From NCBI GenBank assembly GCA_026003215.1, contig BPGV01000001.1, forward strand, positions 1,515,729-1,579,728: a stretch of DNA of 64,000 nucleotides, written 5' to 3'. Under the pieces are notes generated by a model that saw only the letters and a list, made by a program, of their open reading frames with translations, did no database searches and was not told the DNA's origin. The translations under genes and the position numbers were made by a program. The DNA is from Bacteroidia bacterium (GTDB lineage Bacteria > Bacteroidota > Bacteroidia > SpSt-205). Below, in pieces: positions 1-7,399 of this stretch; the stretch's first letter is position 1, and every line of letters begins with the position of its first letter.

Positions 1-281
1 ATGTAAGTGCCCTCTCCTGCCCGCTGCACTATAAGTTTGAGTCGGGCTCGTTCAAAGGGGGCGGCCAGGGCTTGCACCTGCGCAGCTAAGGCTTCTATGG
101 GGAAGGGGAGGTTGAGGTGGAGGGTTTGGAGGGCCTGCCGCAGCCGCCGCAAATGGTCCGTAAGAAAGAGCACCTTCCCGCGGTAAATGTGCAACGTTTC
201 AAAGACTCCATCGCCAAAGAGGCTACCTCGGCCCGGCGGCAAAGTCTCCTGCCACGAGCCATTCACATAATGAAGCCACAT
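1..281 (-). CDS. fold-type IV PLP enzyme (aminodeoxychorismate lyase / class IV aminotransferase-like), N-terminal part; continues past the window start
   Basis: Minus-strand translation from the ATG at 281 is MWLHYVNGSWQETLPPGRGSLFGDGVFETLHIYRGKVLFLTDHLRRLRQAL...ARLKLIVQRAGEGTY. The GDGVFET and RLKL..R.G motifs are typical of this fold. It is absent from the ORF track because it has no stop in the window. It overlaps the 3' end of the upstream gene by 59 nt. Confidence 0.6.
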   Translation of the reverse strand, partial: MWLHYVNGSWQETLPPGRGSLFGDGVFETLHIYRGKVLFLTDHLRRLRQALQTLHLNLPFPIEALAAQVQALAAPFERARLKLIVQRAGEGTY

Positions 282-885
282 GGGTATGAGCAAAGGTATG
301 GAGGGCAGCCAGCGCAGCTTCCTTATCCCACCGGCGGGAACCCACGCGGTTGGAAATGATGCGGAAGGAAAGGAGAGGGCATTGATGGCTCTGGGCAAAG
401 AGGAAGTAGGCGGCATTTTCTTGGGTTTCTATGTCAGCGTCGGGATAGACTCGCTGCCAAAAGCGGGCTTGGCGGGGAGAGGCGCTCACCGAGTGGAGGG
501 TAAGGCCCTGTACGGCCGGGAAAGGGAAAGGTAAGGCAGCGGGCCAGGCCTCCCAATGGAGTGGGAAGCCTTCCCGCAGAGTAGGTGGACTGGGCTGAAA
601 GGCACGCGAAGACCTGCGTCCTAAGTCGCCCCACCGTTCGGAGCGTACCCACACTATGGTGCCTGAGGCCCATCGCCGCCTGAAGCTCCCAGCGATCCCC
701 ACCGCAATAACCGCATGTGGCTTTTCCTCGGCTATCCACCGTTGCCAGAGGGTATGCAGTGTAGCCAGCGCCCCTACCCCTGTGGGAAAAAACCTACAGG
801 CCGCGGGTAGCGTTGCAGGTAATCCCGCTCGGAAGGCTTCAGCTTCTATGCGGCTGGGGGTGACGAGCCAGAGCAGGCGGGTCAC
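223..885 (-). CDS. nucleoside phosphorylase family 1 protein, futalosine hydrolase (MqnB)-like
   Basis: 220-aa ORF with VIAVGIAGSF and the C-terminal FRIISNRVG motifs of the MTA/SAH-nucleosidase (PNP_UDP_1) fold. Size and layout resemble MqnB. It has a 4-nt overlap with the upstream gene. Confidence 0.5.
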   Translation of the reverse strand: MTRLLWLVTPSRIEAEAFRAGLPATLPAACRFFPTGVGALATLHTLWQRWIAEEKPHAVIAVGIAGSFRRRWASGTIVWVRSERWGDLGRRSSRAFQPSPPTLREGFPLHWEAWPAALPFPFPAVQGLTLHSVSASPRQARFWQRVYPDADIETQENAAYFLFAQSHQCPLLSFRIISNRVGSRRWDKEAALAALHTFAHTHVASLCEWLVAGDFAAGPR

Positions 886-2138
886 TGGGGTACTTCTATG
901 GCTACGAGGACTCGGTCATCGGTTTGGGGCGTTTCCCCTTGCCAGTCTTGGAGGGCTTTTTCAAGAGTGCTGGGCTGGTCGCAAAAAGACACACTTTGTA
1001 GCGACTGAAGTAAGCTTTCCCAGCGTTCGGAGCCGAGTTTTTTACCTTCTTTTCCGATTTGGTCAGGGAACCCATCGCTATAGACGTAGAGCCGGTCGCC
1101 TGGCTCTAAGGGGAGGGTATGTTCTTGGGCGGCTTTTCCTAAGAGTTCGCCGAAGCTGAAGGGGTAGCGTTCTAAGGGGTGGAGGGTGCCCTTTCGGGCC
1201 AGGAGCGCCTTTCCGCGGAGGGCGACATAGGTGAGCTTGCGGCGTCCCTCGTCTATCAAGAGGAGGGTTCCGTCTATGGTGACGGGCACGGGGAGCTTCT
1301 GGCGGAAAAGGTAGCCGAGCCGTTCGTCCAGTTCCTCTGCCAGGCGTTCAGGGGACCATATGCCTTTATCCTGGACGAGGTGGCGCAGCTCTTGGAGGAA
1401 GAGGGTACTTACCAGGCCGCCGGCGGCGCCGTGTCCCACGCTATCACCGATAAAGAGGAGGATACGACTTTTTTCGCTGGCGCCCCAAAAGAAGTCCCCA
1501 CTTACGCCTTGGAGGGGCTGCCACAGTACGAAATGAGGAAAAGACGTAGGGAGAGGCGTTTCGCTGTTGGGGGTGAAACTTAGTAGGGCTTTTTGGAGGG
1601 CGGCTGCTACGGCGAGATTACTTTGGAGGTCTTCGGCTAAGCGGTTGCGTTCCTGCCGCAGCTGCTCTTCTAAGTCTTTTTGACGAGTGATATCTACCCG
1701 CATGGAGACGTAGCGGTAGGGGTGCCCATCCGCATCCAGCAGCGGTCCTACGGTGGCTAATACCCAGTAATGCGAGCCATCTTTGCGACGGTTTTTAATT
1801 TCTCCTTGCCAGATTTTGCCGGCTTTGATAGTGTCCCACAGGTTTTTGAAAGCCTCTTTGGGCATGTCTGGGTGGCGAACGATGTTATGGGGTTTGCCGA
1901 GGAGTTCTTCCAGGCTGTACCCGGAGACTTCGCAGAACTTTGGGTTGGCGTAGGTGATGATGCCGCGGGTGTCGGTTTCACTGACTAAGGCGAAGCGGTC
2001 TATAATGGCTTGCCGGTCATGCAGTTCACGCTCCAAGCTGTGTAAGCGCTCCTGGAGAGAAAGTTGGGCATTCTCGTACTGAGCGAGGTTTTGGGCCAGG
2101 GCTTGGAGGAGCTGGCTGAGCTCGCTGGGCGAAGGCAT
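882..2138 (-). CDS. sensor phosphatase: coiled coil + Aer-type PAS domain + PP2C/SpoIIE phosphatase domain (paralog A)
   Basis: PAS core is ITYANPKFCEVSGYSLEELLGKPHNIVRHPDMPKEAFKNLWDTIKAGKIWQGEIKNRRKDGSHYWV. SpoIIE motifs present are SGDFFW, GDSVGHGAAGG, YSDGF and TDDRVLVAIE. Confidence 0.8.
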   Translation of the reverse strand: MPSPSELSQLLQALAQNLAQYENAQLSLQERLHSLERELHDRQAIIDRFALVSETDTRGIITYANPKFCEVSGYSLEELLGKPHNIVRHPDMPKEAFKNLWDTIKAGKIWQGEIKNRRKDGSHYWVLATVGPLLDADGHPYRYVSMRVDITRQKDLEEQLRQERNRLAEDLQSNLAVAAALQKALLSFTPNSETPLPTSFPHFVLWQPLQGVSGDFFWGASEKSRILLFIGDSVGHGAAGGLVSTLFLQELRHLVQDKGIWSPERLAEELDERLGYLFRQKLPVPVTIDGTLLLIDEGRRKLTYVALRGKALLARKGTLHPLERYPFSFGELLGKAAQEHTLPLEPGDRLYVYSDGFPDQIGKEGKKLGSERWESLLQSLQSVSFCDQPSTLEKALQDWQGETPQTDDRVLVAIEVPQ

Positions 2139-2161
2139 AGGGGTAAAGCCAGGATTCCCCT

Positions 2162-2169
2162 CAAAGGTA
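2162..2169 (-). promoter_or_regulatory. putative Bacteroidetes -7 box TACCTTTG upstream of PAS-PP2C paralog A
   Basis: Exact TAnnTTTG on the minus strand, 23 nt upstream of the ATG at 2138. Confidence 0.4.
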
Positions 2170-2181
2170 GGGTTTTTGGGG

Positions 2182-3447
2182 TTAAGGGATTTCTATGCCG
2201 ATGATAAGGATGTCGTCATTTTGGGCGTGGGGTCCTTGCCAGCTCTGTAAGGTTTGGAGGAGGGTCTTTTTTTGGGCGGGGAGGGGCAGGTTTTGGAGGT
2301 CGCGCAGGTATTCCATCCAGGCTTTGTTGCCCCATTTTTTGCCGTGGGGGCCGCCTTCTTGGTCGTACACGCCGTCGGTATAGAAGTAAAGGCGGTCGCC
2401 GGGCTCGAGTTCGAGGGAGGTTTCGGTGGCGGCTTTCCCTAAGAGTTCGCCGAAGCTGAAAGGAAAGGCATCTAACCGAGTGAGGGTACCCCCTTGAGCC
2501 CATACGCCTCGGCCTCGGAGGGATAGGTACGAGGCTTTCCTTCGGCGCAGGTCTATCATGAGGAGGGTGCCGTCCACGGTGAGGGAGACGGGGAGGTGGC
2601 GGCGGAAAAGCTGTCCTAAGCGTGTGTCTAACTCTTCGGCCAGGATTTCGGGGCTCCAGAGTCCTTTTTCTTGGACGAGGTGGCGCAGCTCTTGGAGAAA
2701 GAGGGTAGAAATAAGGCCACCCACTACGCCATGCCCTACGCTATCGCCCACAAAGAGGAGGAGGCGTCCTTTGTCTTCATGCATCCAGAAAAAGTCACCG
2801 CTTACTTCTTGGAGCGGGCGCAGTAGGGCGAAATAGGGGAGGGAGATTGCAGGCGTCTCTTTTTCCAAGGGGGGCATGAGTGCTTGCTGGAGGGAGGCGG
2901 CCAGCATGAGGTTTTGGCGGATTTCCTCGGCGAGGAGATCGCGTTCTTGGCGCAGTTGCTCCTCCAAGTCTTTTTGGCGGGTAATCTCTACCCGCATGGA
3001 GACGTAGCGGTAGGGGTGTCCGTCCGCATCCAGCAGCGGTCCTACGGTGGCTAATACCCAGTAATGCGAGCCGTCTTTGCGGCGATTTTTGACCTCACCT
3101 TGCCAGATTTTGCCCGCTTTGATAGTGTCCCATAGGTTTTTGAACGCTTCTTTGGGCATGTCTGGGTGGCGAACGATATTGTGGGGCTTACCCACAAGCT
3201 CTTCTACGCTGTACCTGGAGACTTCGCAAAACTTGCTGTTGGCGTAGGTGATGACGCCGCGGGTGTCGGTTTCGCTCACTATAGCGAAGCGGTCGATAAT
3301 GGCTTGCCGGTCATGTAGCTCACGCTCTAAGCTTTGGAGGCGTTCCTGGAGCGAGAGGTGGGAGGTTTCGTACTCGGCCAGGTTGTGGGCCAGTGCTTGT
3401 AGAAGGCCTTGTAAGTTAGAAGTGTTCATATCATTTTGATTTGACAT
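2182..3447 (-). CDS. sensor phosphatase: coiled coil + Aer-type PAS domain + PP2C/SpoIIE phosphatase domain (paralog B)
   Basis: Same architecture and near-identical PAS core as 882..2138. SpoIIE motifs present are SGDFFW, GDSVGHGVVGG, YTDGV and NDDILIIGIE. Confidence 0.8.
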   Translation of the reverse strand: MSNQNDMNTSNLQGLLQALAHNLAEYETSHLSLQERLQSLERELHDRQAIIDRFAIVSETDTRGVITYANSKFCEVSRYSVEELVGKPHNIVRHPDMPKEAFKNLWDTIKAGKIWQGEVKNRRKDGSHYWVLATVGPLLDADGHPYRYVSMRVEITRQKDLEEQLRQERDLLAEEIRQNLMLAASLQQALMPPLEKETPAISLPYFALLRPLQEVSGDFFWMHEDKGRLLLFVGDSVGHGVVGGLISTLFLQELRHLVQEKGLWSPEILAEELDTRLGQLFRRHLPVSLTVDGTLLMIDLRRRKASYLSLRGRGVWAQGGTLTRLDAFPFSFGELLGKAATETSLELEPGDRLYFYTDGVYDQEGGPHGKKWGNKAWMEYLRDLQNLPLPAQKKTLLQTLQSWQGPHAQNDDILIIGIEIP

Positions 3448-3454
3448 ATGTGGT

Positions 3455-3490
3455 CTAAAAATATTCCCCCTGCTTTGGGGAAGGGGGAAT
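3455..3490 (-). terminator. putative intrinsic terminator after the PurE-like gene
   Basis: Minus strand shows ATTCCCCC(T)...(A)GGGGGAAT, a stem of 8-9 bp, followed by ATTTTTA. It begins 8 nt after the stop at 3499. Confidence 0.5.
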
Positions 3491-3498
3491 AGGAATGG

Positions 3499-3957
3499 TT
3501 AGACGGGCTGGAGCGTGTGTTTATGAAGGAAGGCTTGCAAGAGGTCGGCGTAGCTGGGGTGGCGGGTGGCGAGCCATTGGACGGCAAGGAGGGCTGCCCC
3601 TCGGGCGTCATGGGGCAATGTGAAGGTTACGGGCAATCCGCGTAATACGCCGAGCAAGGTATCCAGGTAAGGCTGAGGGGCGGTAGTGGTGGGGCAGGGC
3701 ATGACAATGACTGGGTAATGTGGTCCAAAGGTGGTGGCTAATAACGGGAGGAGGTAAGCGCTTCGGCCGGCAGCCCACAAGCACACGGCTCCGCCCAAGC
3801 GGCTCATTAGCCCTTGCAAGTGCCCTAAGGAGGGCATAGAGGGAATGGCTTCGTCTCGGAAGGAAATACCCATCTGAGAGAAGATGGCTCGGGCCTCGGA
3901 TAGGGCATGGTATTCCTCCTCGGTTTCATACAGGAGGGTAATCTCTGCGGCTGTCAT
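3499..3957 (-). CDS. PurE (AIR carboxylase)-fold protein lacking the catalytic motifs
   Basis: 152 aa. The segment GGAVCLWAAGRSAYLLPLLATTFGPHYPVIVMPCP...LPVTFTLPHDARGAALLAVQWLA is collinear with the PurE segment AGGAAHLPG...VIGVPV...G.PVATVAI..A.NAALLA. The GSxSD, SAHR and GGAAHL signatures are all replaced. Confidence 0.4.
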   Translation of the reverse strand: MTAAEITLLYETEEEYHALSEARAIFSQMGISFRDEAIPSMPSLGHLQGLMSRLGGAVCLWAAGRSAYLLPLLATTFGPHYPVIVMPCPTTTAPQPYLDTLLGVLRGLPVTFTLPHDARGAALLAVQWLATRHPSYADLLQAFLHKHTLQPV

Positions 3958-3962
3958 GTAAG

Positions 3963-3970
3963 CAAAGTTA
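3963..3970 (-). promoter_or_regulatory. putative -7 box TAACTTTG, 5 nt upstream of the PurE-like ATG (3957)
   Basis: Exact TAnnTTTG on the minus strand. It is divergent from the ftsX promoter box 28 nt away. Confidence 0.5.
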
Positions 3971-3997
3971 GAGAAAAGCGGCGAATAGGAGGAGTAG

Positions 3998-4005
3998 TAC
4001 CTTTG
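3998..4005 (+). promoter_or_regulatory. putative -7 box TACCTTTG, 4 nt upstream of the ftsX GTG (4010)
   Basis: Sequence reads TACCTTTG-GGGG-GTG. Confidence 0.5.
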
Positions 4006-4009
4006 GGGG

Positions 4010-4861
4010 GTGCGGGGTCCTGGGCTGCCGTTTGCTCATGCACTTTTTAGTATTGTGCTGGCGCTTTTTGTGCTGGGGGGGTATGGGCTTTTTCTTTTGT
4101 TGGGTCAACTGGTCCTTGAACAGGCTCGCTCGGGGTTGGAGTACCGTATTCATCTCTATGGGCCTGTGTCAGCGGCTCAAATAGAGGAGTTTTTGCGGTG
4201 GCTTCAGGCGCAGCCTTTGGTAAAGACGGCCCGATACATTTCCCCCGAAGAAGCGATGGAGGGGTTCCGCCAAGTGGCTGGGGAAGAGTTCGTGCGCGCA
4301 ATGGAGGGGTTCAACCCTTTTCCACCGACCTTTCGGGTGACTTTCCGGGGAGAAAGGGTCACAGCCGATAGCGTGCTGTTGTTTACCCAACAGGTACTTA
4401 GCTGGGATATGGTCAAAGAAGTAGATTACCCGCGCCGGCTGTTAGAGGTATTAGAGAAGCGGTCGGGCACCCTCCAGGGGGTGGGCCTTTTAGTAGGCGT
4501 GGTTATGATAGCGGTAACCTTCCTGCTTATTTTCAATACGGTGCGGCTGGCTATCTTTGCCCGCCGTTTGGAGATCCGTACGATGGAACTGGTAGGAGCT
4601 ACGCGGAGCTACATAGAGCGTCCCTTTGTGCAGGTAGGCCTTTTCCAAGGGATAGTGGGGGCGCTTTTGGCGGTGACACTCCTCCATGCAGGTATATGGC
4701 TGGTACATAGGTATTTTTTGCCGTTAGGGTTTCTCTTAGAGGATTTGCGGCTGCTGGCCTTGTATGGAGGACTGATAGTATTTGGGGGCATAGTGGGGTA
4801 CTTCGCCAGCCGTATGGCTCTGCGCCGATTTTTGCACCAAACCTTAGATAGACTGATATGA
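4010..4861 (+). CDS. ftsX: cell-division ABC transporter permease FtsX-like
   Basis: 283 aa with one N-terminal TM helix, a periplasmic domain and three C-terminal TM helices (FtsX topology). It shows the conserved Bacteroidota synteny with DUF3098 and uppP. Confidence 0.7.
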   Translation: MRGPGLPFAHALFSIVLALFVLGGYGLFLLLGQLVLEQARSGLEYRIHLYGPVSAAQIEEFLRWLQAQPLVKTARYISPEEAMEGFRQVAGEEFVRAMEGFNPFPPTFRVTFRGERVTADSVLLFTQQVLSWDMVKEVDYPRRLLEVLEKRSGTLQGVGLLVGVVMIAVTFLLIFNTVRLAIFARRLEIRTMELVGATRSYIERPFVQVGLFQGIVGALLAVTLLHAGIWLVHRYFLPLGFLLEDLRLLALYGGLIVFGGIVGYFASRMALRRFLHQTLDRLI

Positions 4862-5094
4862 GTACGAAAGCACAAAAACGCCCTTCTCTGAATGACCCCT
4901 CGGCTATGCCCTTTACCCGGGGAAACTACCTTTGGCTGGGTATAGGCGTGGCGCTGCTCATGCTTGGCTACATCTTGCTGCTACAGCCGGGCCACTTTGT
5001 AGATAGCAAAGCGTTTTCTTTGGCTCTGTATGTGGCACCTTGGGTGATTCTGGGGGGCTTTGGCAGCCTCATTTACGCGATCTTGCGGAGATGA
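4858..5094 (+). CDS. DUF3098-like small membrane protein
   Basis: 78 aa with two TM helices. The N-terminal motif MPFTRGNYLWLGIGVALLMLGYILL and the position between ftsX and uppP are typical of DUF3098. It overlaps ftsX by ATGA. Confidence 0.6.
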   Translation: MSTKAQKRPSLNDPSAMPFTRGNYLWLGIGVALLMLGYILLLQPGHFVDSKAFSLALYVAPWVILGGFGSLIYAILRR

Positions 5095-5855
5095 GCTGGT
5101 GGGAAGCCCTTCTCCTCGCCATTGTAGAGGGGATCACGGAGTTTTTGCCTGTCTCCTCTACAGGACACCTAATCCTCCTCAGTGCTTGGTTGGGTCGGGC
5201 TCAAGAAGCTTTTGTGCAAGACTTTGAAATCATCATTCAAGGGGGGGCTATCCTTGCCGTAGTGTTTCACAGTTGGCCGCGGCTCTGGCAGCCGCGCCTC
5301 TATCTCTTGGTGGGAGCCGCTTTTATCCCTACCGCGCTTATAGGCTTTCTGGCGAAGGACGTTGTAGAAAACCTCCTCGGCTCCCCCTGGGTAGTGGCAG
5401 TGAATCTTGTTTTAGGAGGGGTTGTGTTGCTTTTTATGGATAAATGGTTTGCGCATAAGGATGCTCCCATAACTTCCCTTTCGCTTTTACGGGCGGCAGG
5501 AATAGGGGTGATACAAGCGCTTAGCCTTTTGCCGGGGATTTCTCGGGCGGCGGCTGCCCTCTTTGGGGCCCAGCTCATGGGGCTCGAAAAGCGAGAGGCC
5601 GCCGAGTTTTCTTTTCTTTTAGCGGTGCCTACCTTAGGGGCTGCTGCCCTGTATAAGCTCTGGAAAAGTCCTGTAGCGCTATCCCCCACCCATCTCCCAG
5701 TGCTTTTTATGGGCATAGGGGTGTCTTTTCTCGTGGCGCTCTTTTCTATGCGGTTTTTGGTTGCTTTGTGGAGCCGCTATGGCATGGCTCCTTTTGGGGT
5801 GTATCGCATGCTTTTGGGGGGAGGGGTACTTTTATGGCTGGGGCTCTCTTCCTGA
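5091..5855 (+). CDS. uppP: undecaprenyl-diphosphate phosphatase
   Basis: N-terminus is MSWWEALLLAIVEGITEFLPVSSTGHLIL, the BacA/UppP signature. The start was moved to the ATG at 5091, which forms an ATGA overlap with the upstream stop. Confidence 0.9.
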   Translation: MSWWEALLLAIVEGITEFLPVSSTGHLILLSAWLGRAQEAFVQDFEIIIQGGAILAVVFHSWPRLWQPRLYLLVGAAFIPTALIGFLAKDVVENLLGSPWVVAVNLVLGGVVLLFMDKWFAHKDAPITSLSLLRAAGIGVIQALSLLPGISRAAAALFGAQLMGLEKREAAEFSFLLAVPTLGAAALYKLWKSPVALSPTHLPVLFMGIGVSFLVALFSMRFLVALWSRYGMAPFGVYRMLLGGGVLLWLGLSS

Positions 5856-6482
5856 TAGATAAACCGTATGGTTGGACTTCTATGCAAGCGGTGGAATGGG
5901 CCAAGCGGTACTTCCACCTGCGCAAGGCCGGCCATGCGGGTACCTTGGATCCTTTGGCCACAGGGCTGCTCTTGGTAGCTGCCGAAGAAGAGACCCGCCA
6001 CATCCCCGAACTCCAAGCCCAAGAAAAAGAGTACTACGCCCTCGTGATACTGGGCTATCGTACTTGGTCAGACGATGCGGAGTTTCCGCCAGAGCCGGTG
6101 AAAGCCCCTTCACCGCTTAGCATGGCTGAGCGTGAGAGCCTGCTACGAGCGTTTATAGGGGAGATTCTTCAGCGACCGCCGACGTTCTCGGCTCTAAAGG
6201 TTCAGGGCCGCCGAGCCTATCGGATGGCCCGTAAAGGACACCCCGTAGAACTGCCCCCCCCGTCCTGTCCATATCTACACGATTGAGGAAGTGCTTTATG
6301 AAGCCCCGCATCGTTGGTTCCTGCGGGTCGTGTGCGGAAAAGGCGTATACCTCCGAAGCTTAGCCAGAGATATCGGCGACAAGACCGGCTGGGGGGCCTA
6401 CTTGGGTGCCCTCAGGCGTACGCGTATAGGGGCATATTTCGTACAGCAAGCCATCCAACCCGATGCGCTGCCTCTACGATAG
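5834..6482 (+). pseudogene. truB: tRNA pseudouridine(55) synthase TruB, frame interrupted by one extra C in a C8 tract (6254-6261)
   Basis: The N-terminal part (FLIDKPYGWTS..GHAGTLDPLATGLL) is in one frame, and the C-terminal part (VLYEAPHRWFLRVVCGKGVYLRSLARDIG) is in the +1 frame. Deleting one C gives ELPPRPVHIYTIEEVLYEA, the expected TruB sequence. Confidence 0.8.
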
Positions 6483-7365
6483 AGACTGCGGCCCTCAAGG
6501 CGGTATTCTCACCTTAGGCACTTTTGATGGGGTGCATCAGGGCCACCTGACCCTCATCCAGGCCTGTCGGAGCTGGGCCGCCGAGTGGCATACGCATACC
6601 TCGGTATGGATTTATCATCCCCACCCGCGTACGGTGCTGCGAGGGGAGCGTGTACCCTTGCTTACCACACTACCCGAGAGGCTCGCTCTCTTAGAAGCCG
6701 CAGGGGTGGAGGTAGCACGAGTAATTTCTTTCTCTCGGGAGCTGGCTACTTTTTCGGCCGAAGCGTTTGTGGAAGAATGGATACGCGCTTTGGAAGCACC
6801 GGCTGGGGTAGTATTAGGGTACGACCATCGTTTTGGACGCGGGCGAGAAGGCTCTGCAGAGCTGCTCCGACGCATAGGAATACCCGTACAAGAGGTACCT
6901 CCTGTCTTAATGCACGGCCAACCCGTAAGTAGCTCGTGCATTCGCCAGCTGCTCCAAAAGGGTGCTGTGACCGAAGCCGCTTCTTTATTGGGCTACCCCT
7001 ACACGGTGGGGGGCAAAGTCGTAGAGGGGCGCCGAGAGGCCCGCCGATTGGGTACGCCCACCGCCAATCTCCCTTGGCCAGAAGAAAAAGTCCGCCTTCC
7101 CGCAGGTATTTACGTGGGCTGGGCTGAAATAGAAACAATGCACTTTCGCCCTGTCGCTCAGGGCCTTCCCGCTTTGTTGTATATTCCCCCTGTTGGAGCT
7201 CTGGAAGTGCATTTGCTTACGGAGCGGCAAGACCTATATGACAAAACCCTGCGGGTGAGTTTCCTTAGGCAGCTTCGGCCGCATCGGCTCTTCTCGGATG
7301 AGGAGGCCCTAAGGGCGCAGGTAGAAGCAGATGTAGCCGAGGCCCGCAAGTATTTCGGGTTATAA
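6463..7365 (+). CDS. ribF: bifunctional riboflavin kinase / FMN adenylyltransferase
   Basis: Contains GTFDGVHQGH and the C-terminal riboflavin kinase motif GRREARRLGTPTANL; 300 aa. Confidence 0.9.
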   Translation: MRCLYDRDCGPQGGILTLGTFDGVHQGHLTLIQACRSWAAEWHTHTSVWIYHPHPRTVLRGERVPLLTTLPERLALLEAAGVEVARVISFSRELATFSAEAFVEEWIRALEAPAGVVLGYDHRFGRGREGSAELLRRIGIPVQEVPPVLMHGQPVSSSCIRQLLQKGAVTEAASLLGYPYTVGGKVVEGRREARRLGTPTANLPWPEEKVRLPAGIYVGWAEIETMHFRPVAQGLPALLYIPPVGALEVHLLTERQDLYDKTLRVSFLRQLRPHRLFSDEEALRAQVEADVAEARKYFGL

Positions 7366-7387
7366 GTGCCTTTTCCCAGAGAGCGTG

Positions 7388-7395
7388 TATTTTTG
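7388..7395 (+). promoter_or_regulatory. putative -7 box TATTTTTG, 4 nt upstream of the ATG at 7400
   Basis: Sequence reads TATTTTTG-CCCC-ATG. Confidence 0.5.
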
Positions 7396-7399
7396 CCCC

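Larger units (their letters stand above)
882..3447 (-). repeat. tandem gene duplication (two ~1.26-kb paralogs, offset ~1.3 kb)
   Basis: The two paralogs align at nucleotide level. Identical runs of about 31 nt (starting 1694 vs 2988) and about 50 nt (starting 1729 in copy A) lie in the PAS-coding part. The phosphatase halves are more diverged. Confidence 0.85.

Noticed and set aside
656-1159. These are long ORFs antisense to, or out of frame with, well-supported genes. Examples are 656-1159, 5300-5716, 10261-10719, 11649-12098, 13562-14023, 30384-30899, 55178-55732 and 56255-56707.
   Set aside because: The DNA is GC-rich, so stop-poor shadow frames are expected. The translations are low-complexity and rich in R, P, A and S with no recognisable motifs. 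Each lies entirely inside a gene with strong family signatures on the other strand or frame.
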